Assembly: GCA_024704765.1 (NCBI GenBank)
Contig: JAKMXF010000033.1
Span: forward strand, 186,001 to 250,000
Length of the DNA: 64,000 nucleotides
Reading direction: 5' to 3'
Source of the DNA: Oopsacas minuta
Lineage: Eukaryota > Animalia > Porifera
Under the pieces are notes generated by a model. That model saw only the letters and a list, made by a program, of their open reading frames with translations. It made no database searches and was not told the DNA's origin. Positions 56,201-64,000 of the stretch are shown here, piece after piece. Made by a program: the position numbers and the translations under genes. Positions within the stretch are counted from its first letter, which is position 1; every line of letters begins with the position of its first letter.

Positions 56201-59200
56201 TATAAAGTAAATACCTTGGGTCAGTTGGGTTCATAGGAAGAATAGGAGGGGGAGGCATCATAGGCATTGGTAATGGTACCTGAATAGGAGCGTGTATAGG
56301 ATTGTAAGCAGGTTCTAATACAACTGGATCACTACCATGATCATAAGGACACGAATCACCTAAACGAATAACAGTAATACATAGTACGTATACTACTATA
56401 GGCAACTCTCGTTACGAACATATTGAAATACCCGCTTATATCGATTATCGAAGTCTGAAATAGTACAAATATGGTCCAATACGGCCACGCCATAAAAAAT
56501 CTATTTTCATCGGTTATACGAACTCCACTTTTATCGATGTAATTATCGCGATCCCTTGAGCATCGATATCACGGGAGTTGACTGTATTAAATACTGTATA
56601 GCTCACCTAACATGCAATAACCTCTCTCATCATAGTCTTTACATCTACCCTGTCTCTGTTTCTCTTCAAATATCGGCGATTCATCCTCAGACTCTTTCCT
56701 AGTCTCCTCACCCGACGTATAGCCCTGAATATACCAAATTGTAAAGGATATGTGTTGATTAGTATAACTGTAGTTCAGGAATTTGGTTAACAAGTACCCG
56801 AATTAAGGACGACAAAATGGAGCATTGATAAGCTCTGCAAACTATCCATTAATTGATGTATTTCAAGAGGTTACTTGGGGGAGGGAGATAACAGTCAATA
56901 TTAAGTTTCAATAGCGATATAAAGTGAAAAACCATTAAGTATTTGCACGAGTAATGTTACGTATATGTTTGGGGGATAGCGTAAAATGGTAGATAATACA
57001 TAGGGCGTAATTACATGATGTTATGACGAACGATACACAAACAATACATATTTGTTGGAATGATAGAAAATATGTTTGGACATTTTTGGGGTATCGCCTG
57101 GATCATAAGCCAGATCCCTGAATGATCGCGTAGGAAATAGATGTGCTCATCATTATTGTGCAAATTATTTGTTATGGTAAAGTAATTAAAAAATGCAGCA
57201 AAACAGCTAGACGCTACTGATATAATTACTTTAGCGGGTAATCTCTAGAAACTGATCTTACCTGTATAAATGCATGATAATTGAATTAAATTAATAACAA
57301 CAGATTCTGTAGGTAGCAGGTGGAGTTTAAAAGTAATTAATTATAATTATATATAACACGTAAACTAATTGAAGAAATCAGATTAAAAAGTGCTCTTATA
57401 ATTATTGTGATGAGGGGAACATATGTAACCAGAAGTTATTTAATCTATGAAGTTATACAACTAACCATTGTAGATTCGTCTTCTGAGGTATAATACTTAG
57501 AGTCTTGTTTGGAAGTCAAACTTATTTTGATCGAATCATGAGATTTCCTAATATAGAAATAGATGGTAAATAAAATACATTGATTTGTGGTATATAGTGG
57601 ATACCGGTTATAAGAACACCCTTGAGAATAGCAATCATGTTTTTATGACCGGGATAAAATGTACAGGAATATATGAGAACAGTTTTCCACACAGGATTGT
57701 GCTTATATTCGGCATGTTCTTATACCGGCATCGACTATATTTGTTATATATTCTTACCGAATATTCTTTGTCTTGTCTTTCATTCGTAAAGAAGCATGAC
57801 CATACATGGTAATGGATCCAGAACCCTCTTTCATTCTCTTCACACGAGTATCCATATCCGTATCAGATTTAGCTCTAGCCTCTAATCGTGTTTTCAATTT
57901 CTCTGCAACTTTCACGTCACCTTTCTCACAAATATCAGTATCTGTAATTCTAAAGTATCACAATATACTAACCACCACTTATAAATTGTGTCTAGTAATA
58001 CTAAACAGTGAAATACAATAAATATAAACAAACAGCAAATACAGTGTCACTAGTAGCTGTGTAAATCTGTAAGGTAAAGCTTTTGGTTGTGTATTGTATA
58101 TTAGCGATATCTTATTGTTTTGTGTTAATAAATAGATTAAAGCATTATTAATCATATGAATAATTCTCCTCCTTTAAAGTGCATAGCATTACCCAAGGGA
58201 CAGCACAGGTTAAATTCTAATTACAGCATAGCTAATACTCTCTACCCTTTGGAAGTGATAAATTCTATGAATCATAAATAGGGGAATTGTAATGTGATAA
58301 GGTCACTAGAACAAGTAGCATTACATGCATTGAGACTATCAAAGCAATTAAATATTCTCAACCAAAACAATAGAAAATTAATTATAATTTTTACGATAAT
58401 TGACAAAGTCCATTTTTCCAATTTGTTAATCATATAAGCAATGGACAGATCAGTTTAGTATGGAGTTGTTAAACGCAGTTAATATAGCATATTCTGAGCA
58501 TTTTGATGATTACAGAATAATTTGGTAGAATTGAACTACGAAGATATTAAAATATGATGGAAGATGTATTTGTGTATTATAACACGAATTGTTAAGTGCT
58601 ATTGCATCACATTTTATTAAATGAAAGATTACATAAGAGTGAAGGTTAAAATATATCCTACAGAGTTGAAAGAAATGTTCGTTAAGTAAACTAGGAAGTG
58701 ATGGTTGATACACGTGTCCATGATTAATAAAGTCAGTGGTATAGCATGGAGAACTCCACTCTAGCTGGTACAATGTCATTTCCAGGAGATTTGAATAGTG
58801 CTTCAGTATTAAACTAGGAAATAGCGCTTATCAGACGAGCAATAGCGTGTGGGTTATCTAATTAAAATTTCAAACCAGTCTGCTTATAGATAATTAATTT
58901 ATACACTATTAGGAACAAAAGAAATACTGAATTAAAATGGGGCGCAGAGTCGGTATAGTAATGGTATCTCATAGAACCACATGGAAGAGCGTAAATAATG
59001 TGCAGTAATTCTCTGATAAAGAACCCCGTATAATAGCAATAACTAAATGTATGTCATCAATTGTCAGTTTCACATTATGTCTATGGGAAGCAAGGTTCTT
59101 ACAGAGATTAAAAATATCTTAGTCAAATTGAAATAACTATCAAAACGTTCAGATTAAGAGTCTAAACAACCTAGAATCTCTTCAATATTTTGTGTAGACA

Positions 59201-59662
59201 AACATATATACATTTTGTACGAGTAAGCTAATGTATATTTACGTAAATGAGGAATAGATCAGAGGGCAATGTGGAGTAACATTGTCAAGGATTGATCGTT
59301 GTAATTGATACATAGTTAGGTTTTAGGGTTCATGGAATTTAGCTCATAATTAATGTATTTATTTGTTGGTTGCATTATAAAGTAAACAAAATACGTCACA
59401 TATATATTGTATACCTGGTTCCTTTGGCTTGATATAGCTCCCCTTCCAGTACTTCAAACAATCTCTCGACGAGAGGAACCGTTTCTCGCATCAAAAATAC
59501 CTGTAATTCCTCCACACAGATATCCTTGAGGATCTGTACTGGCTTGTCTTTCTTTATTAAACCAATAATGTAGTCTGCCAAGGCCTTGGGATCTGTGTGG
59601 CAGATTGGAGATAGTTTAGCGATAAGCCATTCCTTCAAGAGCTCAATGTCTCGTAAAATCAT
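53228..59662 (-). CDS. RBM26: RNA-binding protein 26/27 (PWI, CCCH, RRMs)
   Basis: Exon 1 has the PWI domain (LKEWLIAKLSPICHTDPKALADYI). Phase-consistent exons near 57950-57758, 57547-57467, 56724-56608 and 56362-56213 carry CKDYDERGYCML|GDSCPYDHG. RRMs: LRKVPVELNTVAKL..YFEKFG and DAVLGNRFIRV. The last exon, 53443-53228, ends in acidic residues plus WRR as in RBM26/27. Confidence 0.9.
55077..55242. mobile_element. Full-length CAGTCAACTCC-family MITE (166 bp)
   Basis: TA|cagtcaactcctgtcatatc ... gatatgacgggagttgactg|TA. Confidence 0.85.
56401..56584. mobile_element. CAGTCAACTCC-family MITE
   Basis: Ends gatatcacgggagttgactg|TA; the interior is homologous to the copies at 20559 and 55077. Confidence 0.75.
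57595..57737. mobile_element. TTATAAGAAC-family MITE
   Basis: tagtggataccggttataagaac ... gttcttataccggcatcgacta; the interior matches the copies at 11122 and 33913. Confidence 0.75.
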
Positions 59663-60458
59663 TGTCGTATTGAATTAAATATCGGCGGTAAAATAGATTT
59701 CAAATTGACAATTAAATTTAATACAAATGAAAATCTCTGTTTAGAATAAAATCTGTAATTCTTCTAGAAAATTTGAATACTTTTTTCTCTGTAATTGCCT
59801 GTACAGGTATATATATACGCTATAGAGGGCAGTAGAGTTAAATTGGTAGATATCTGATGCTTTCGGGTTTCTCAAATAAAAACAACCAAATAACTGAAAC
59901 CAGCTATGGCTATGCCTACAACAGAACTAGGGACAATAGTGTGTCACAATACAATTGAAGCCAATTTTCTATTCTAGCTATTCAGGAGTTATTTGAGATT
60001 TATTAACTGCACTTTTGAACAGTATTGTCACAAAAAAGTGTTAATTGAGGTTAATTAAGGAAATGACAAAACCGTCAACTCGTGGAAATTCGAAATAATG
60101 ATTGTAACCGGCAACTGCTATGGACAATAAATATATACATAGCTTGTTTGAACATAAACCAGATCAGTCAGAATAAAGTGATTTGTACAAGCGCAATATA
60201 TGTCTAAGGCATTAGGCTCGTACGATCATTGATCGCTCGATCACGTTCGCAATCCTTTTTGTACATTAGCGTTTTTTACACTTAGGTATTGTCCCAAATT
60301 TGTGTTCAACAATCAGTAATATTCGTTCGTAGAATGTGTTGATTCTCCACCGGTGTTTCTTTTGGCATAAGAAATGATGTAACTATCAAAAATATATGTC
60401 TTGAATATTACACAAACGATCGGAAAATGATCGCGATCGTTTTTGAAATAAGGATCTT

Positions 60459-60492
60459 GATCGGGATCGGGATCGGGATCGGGATCGGGATC
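60459..60492. repeat. (GATCGG)5 tandem repeat within a GATC/CG-rich segment
   Basis: Five exact hexamers followed by GATC. Confidence 0.85.
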
Positions 60493-60743
60493 TTGTTTAA
60501 CACGATCGACTAATGGCTTATATATGACACACCATCAAGTAATCAAATAGTAAGCAAATAGTAAGCAAATAGTAAATTCACACTTTATTAAAATTCCACG
60601 GTCTCTCAGCCATTTTACGGAATCCAATTTGAGGATTTTTAGTATATTTTATGTGAAAGATGATACAAGTATAATATCACAGTCTTAATTAATAATTCGA
60701 TAAGTATAACCTAAGATCGCTTAAAAGAATCTGTATAGCAGAA

Positions 60744-62303
60744 CTAGCTTACTAATTCTGTTAGCAAATAAGGTACAGCACTATTGAGAATATCAACATC
60801 TGGATCTAAAGCCCTCCCTAATCCCTCTGCTATCATTATAGCTAGCATAATTGTAGCAAAGTTACTCTCTATCTTAACTTTATGTCGTATAGCCATACTG
60901 AAGAGTTGTCTTAGGATATATGAGACTTGGAACTGTCGTAAACTGAATTTATTCGCGTGTACTTGAGAGACAAATTGATCCATTTCTTCCCTGAACTTAT
61001 CCATATCTTTACAATCCTGAACTTTAGAACGTTCTAACAGAATAGAAGCTACTCCACTGCCATTCCCTGATACCACAAGACGAAACAAACCAACTAAATT
61101 ATCAAAATCTTCACTCGCTAACTCCTTGGCTAATCCTGCATCTAATATAGTAACACATACGTCATTGCTCTTCTCACTCACCAATATATTACCAGGATGT
61201 AAATCTACATGAACGAAATTATCGGTGAATAGCATTTTGAGTAGAGAATTTACTCCGATTTGAGCTACTTTGGTACGTAAGTGATTGTCAGTTTGTTTCA
61301 AATAATGAGCAACGCTTTTGCCTTCATGGAATGTCTCAATTAATACGTCATCGCAAACATAAGGCCATATAGGCTTAGGGAAAGTAACATTCTTAACATT
61401 CCTGAAATTCCTATTGAACGTATCTAGGTTACGAGCTTCTAAAGTCAGATCTATTTGATCCAAGAGAACATTTTGAAATTCTTTAATGCTATCGCAAGGA
61501 CTGAGCCATCTAAAAATAGGAATAAACTCAATTAACCATGCTAGTCTTGCTATTACTTTCAGATCTGTGTTAATGTCATTACGTATGTCTGGATGGAGGA
61601 CTTTGATAGCGACAGGGAGAACTTTCTGTTCAGAATCTAGGTAGAAGTACCCCTTATGTACTTGTGCTACACAGCCTGAACCTATAGGATCATGTGATAT
61701 ATTAACAAGTTGGCTCTCCCAGTCTTCTCCTAGCATAGCAACCAACGCTAGCTCTGTAGCCTCCCAGGAATGTGTCCAGGCAGAAGAGTGAAGGATGGAG
61801 AGTGTCTCACAGAATTTGGAAGAGAACACATCTCTACGAGTGCTCATCCATTGTCCAAACTTCACAAATGTTGGTCCAGCCAGCTGGAAACATAGTAGTA
61901 CCAATTCCCACCAAACATCCTCTGATTTAGAAAAGTATTTTAATGGTAAAAGTAATATCGGAGGAGTAAATAGGAAAGATATAATTACTATTCTGTATAA
62001 AGTATGAAAAATATCAGAAATAGATTCCAGTAATGTGTATGGTAATGCTTTATTATCATTCAGAGTTTTGGCCGTCTCGCATTTAGCAATAGAAATGGGA
62101 GAAAAGTTATATTTATTTCTTATTGAGTAGAGCGATACTGAAATAACCAAACACTTTGTAAAGTTAGAAAATATTCTTCTTCGTGTTCGTATAGAATTTA
62201 TAAAATAGTAAGGCTTTATTCTGAATATCGGAGAAGATAAAACAAATCTCTGAAACATAAGAGAGCTACTGAAATAAGGTAGAATTACGTGATGAATAAA
62301 CAT
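60744..62303 (-). CDS. ADCK2: AarF domain-containing kinase 2, intronless
   Basis: AGPTFVKFGQWMSTRRDVFS, PIGSGCVAQVH, VAIKVLHP, DLTLEARNL..F, DNFVHVDLHPGNILV, ILDAG, HKVKIESNFA..IMIAEGLGRALDPDVDIL. Confidence 0.92.
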   Translation of the reverse strand: MFIHHVILPYFSSSLMFQRFVLSSPIFRIKPYYFINSIRTRRRIFSNFTKCLVISVSLYSIRNKYNFSPISIAKCETAKTLNDNKALPYTLLESISDIFHTLYRIVIISFLFTPPILLLPLKYFSKSEDVWWELVLLCFQLAGPTFVKFGQWMSTRRDVFSSKFCETLSILHSSAWTHSWEATELALVAMLGEDWESQLVNISHDPIGSGCVAQVHKGYFYLDSEQKVLPVAIKVLHPDIRNDINTDLKVIARLAWLIEFIPIFRWLSPCDSIKEFQNVLLDQIDLTLEARNLDTFNRNFRNVKNVTFPKPIWPYVCDDVLIETFHEGKSVAHYLKQTDNHLRTKVAQIGVNSLLKMLFTDNFVHVDLHPGNILVSEKSNDVCVTILDAGLAKELASEDFDNLVGLFRLVVSGNGSGVASILLERSKVQDCKDMDKFREEMDQFVSQVHANKFSLRQFQVSYILRQLFSMAIRHKVKIESNFATIMLAIMIAEGLGRALDPDVDILNSAVPYLLTELVS

Positions 62304-63271
62304 GATACTCTACGTCTCGCTAAAGTACGCTCTTCACGCTAGTTACCCTCTACTCGTTATGCAATTCAGCTCGAATTATTTCGCATGCTGGATAATACGA
62401 GCTTTTCTAATTTGAACACAGTAATGAACTTACAGTTACACTTCCCAAAACTTACATGTATCATATAAGTGGTAGAAATGTCGGCGGAGCACTTCACTAG
62501 TAATTGTGAGTGCAAATTACAAAGTATGTCTCGTGTATTCGAAAAACAGATAAAGTCGACGGCGAATTCCGAAAATCTAACAATTAGTTTAGTAATACCA
62601 CTAACAAGACAAGAAGTAAATGACACATATCTTAGGAATTGATCTAAAAGGCAATGGGAGGGATTATTAAATGCTTTGCTGAATTAATCAATAAAACCAC
62701 AAATTATAATATCACACAACATGCACCTGTCATCTGACATATGTAATCATATATTTGAACTTGTTTTTCTGATTTATGGTAGGGTCCAGTAGGTGTTACT
62801 TAAAGATAACATAAAGTAAGCATAAAGGGCTAGCATTTTATGATTGAATTAATTATACGGAGTATTTGAACTTCTGCTTATTTCTACCATACGTCCATTT
62901 GTACTTTACAGTTGCAAATACACAATAATACATCTACAGTTATTAGTAGTTCTGCTTAAGGGAACACGCGTTTTACTTTATCCGTTGGGCTAGGAATGTT
63001 GTCCAACAAATCTATTAGGAAATCAATCTTATTTGAGAAATGTTTGCTTGCTGATTTGCAACTACCAACTTGGAAAAGGTCAAATAACAACGCACAAGCA
63101 TATTCCTGTTTTGACCTGTTTTCCTATAAAATTTTCAATTAATACACACAAACAGCTGCAATGTTATTCACAATTCAGCTTACAAATCTGGCGAAACATA
63201 TTCTACTAAGTTTGTGTATCGATTTGTTTTACAAATTCCATAAGATGGTAAACAAATAATAGCAACAAAAC

Positions 63272-63940
63272 ATGATAAATGCTTACAACGACATTTTGAC
63301 TCTCAAGCAAGAGGAGTTTTACACAAAAGAATTACGGAAACGTAAGAGAGAAGAGATATCGGTATTCCTTTCTGAACGAAACAATAAACTCAAAAGCGAT
63401 TCTATTCTATCTCACTCTCCTAGCACTGAAGCATTTCCTGTCTTCCCCCCGGCTCCTAACTCCGCCCCTCTATCAGTAACCGACCAAAACACACACACAG
63501 TCCCTGTCCATCACCTAATCCCTAACCCACAATGGGATCAATTCATAGAGGAGCAGTTACTACAAATGTTATGCAGCTGGAACCCTGATAAGCCTAGTAT
63601 TAGCAGTCTACACTTATGTGGAGTAGTACGTAAGCGTACAACTCATAAACAACTATCTCACATAACTCTCCTGCATATCTTAGACAAGCTAGCATTCTCT
63701 GGTCTTATCACTATCAATTCTAAATGTCCTACCTTTACGTTAGATGTTCCCCTGAAGAAGGAAGATATACCAGTATATGATCTTAGCTATGTTGATGTGT
63801 ATAAGGTCAAAGCTTATCTGGAAGAGGCAGAAACTCAAAATTATCTTTCTAAGAATATTGACACATTGACAGGTATGTTAAAGATACACTCAACTCGCGT
63901 TATGTCGAACAAAGATATATTGAAATGCCCGCGTATGTAG
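63272..63940 (+). CDS. Hypothetical 222-aa protein with a possible winged-helix segment
   Basis: Long ATG ORF with a basic KRKR cluster, a Pro-rich linker, then the amphipathic segment FIEEQLLQML..LHLCGVVRK..LSHITLLHILDKLAFSGLI. Family not identified. Confidence 0.6.
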   Translation: MINAYNDILTLKQEEFYTKELRKRKREEISVFLSERNNKLKSDSILSHSPSTEAFPVFPPAPNSAPLSVTDQNTHTVPVHHLIPNPQWDQFIEEQLLQMLCSWNPDKPSISSLHLCGVVRKRTTHKQLSHITLLHILDKLAFSGLITINSKCPTFTLDVPLKKEDIPVYDLSYVDVYKVKAYLEEAETQNYLSKNIDTLTGMLKIHSTRVMSNKDILKCPRM

Positions 63941-64000
63941 AAGTCTTAAAATTGTACAAATATGGTCACAAAACGTTAAAGTAATATACATTCCATCAGT

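Noticed and set aside
56725-56755. U12-type intron suggested by a TCCTTTAC branch-like motif
   Set aside because: The donor is gttagt (U2-type), not RTATCCTT.
57060-57156. Intronic C/D snoRNA in RBM26 (ATGATGA on the minus strand)
   Set aside because: There is no box D (CTGA) or terminal stem at a suitable distance.
1-64000. tRNA, rRNA, snRNA, SL RNA gene, CRISPR array or intact transposase
   Set aside because: No cloverleaf or snRNA 5' signatures were found (GTTCGA hits fall in coding exons), and there are no spaced repeats or DDE ORF. An SL RNA could not be identified by eye and may lie elsewhere.

Overview
AT-rich, very gene-dense eukaryotic (animal) genomic DNA with mostly 45-150 nt GT-AG introns. 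The style resembles a compact early-branching animal such as a glass sponge (e.g. Oopsacas); this is an inference I cannot confirm. Hand-splicing gives about 24 protein-coding genes: EPT1/SELENOI-like (partial), PRIM2, BSDC1, a PX + 6xSH3 organizer, SNRNP70, PCMTD1, RNGTT, an orphan ORF, DERL2, PSMD6, CLCN6, an eIF4A, PHACTR, ZC3H4/6, FBXO32/25, MRPL15, PITHD1, GTF3C1, PRELID1, a GT77-like glycosyltransferase, PPIH, RBM26/27, ADCK2 and a winged-helix-like orphan. The architecture is the striking part. (1) Six genes lie inside introns of four hosts, two of them on the same strand as the host, and GTF3C1 alone hosts three. (2) 21 of 24 start codons have an AG (3' splice-acceptor-like) 0-10 nt upstream. 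(3) Head-to-head ATGs are only 41 and 76 nt apart, and same-strand genes are often 70-160 nt apart. Together these suggest spliced-leader trans-splicing with operon-like and nested expression (hypothesis). SNRNP70 has a 1-nt frameshift in its RRM and a cluster of 5' splice sites before its ATG. Introns carry more than 20 TA-flanked pogo/Tc1-like MITEs. I found no tRNA, rRNA, CRISPR array or intact transposase.
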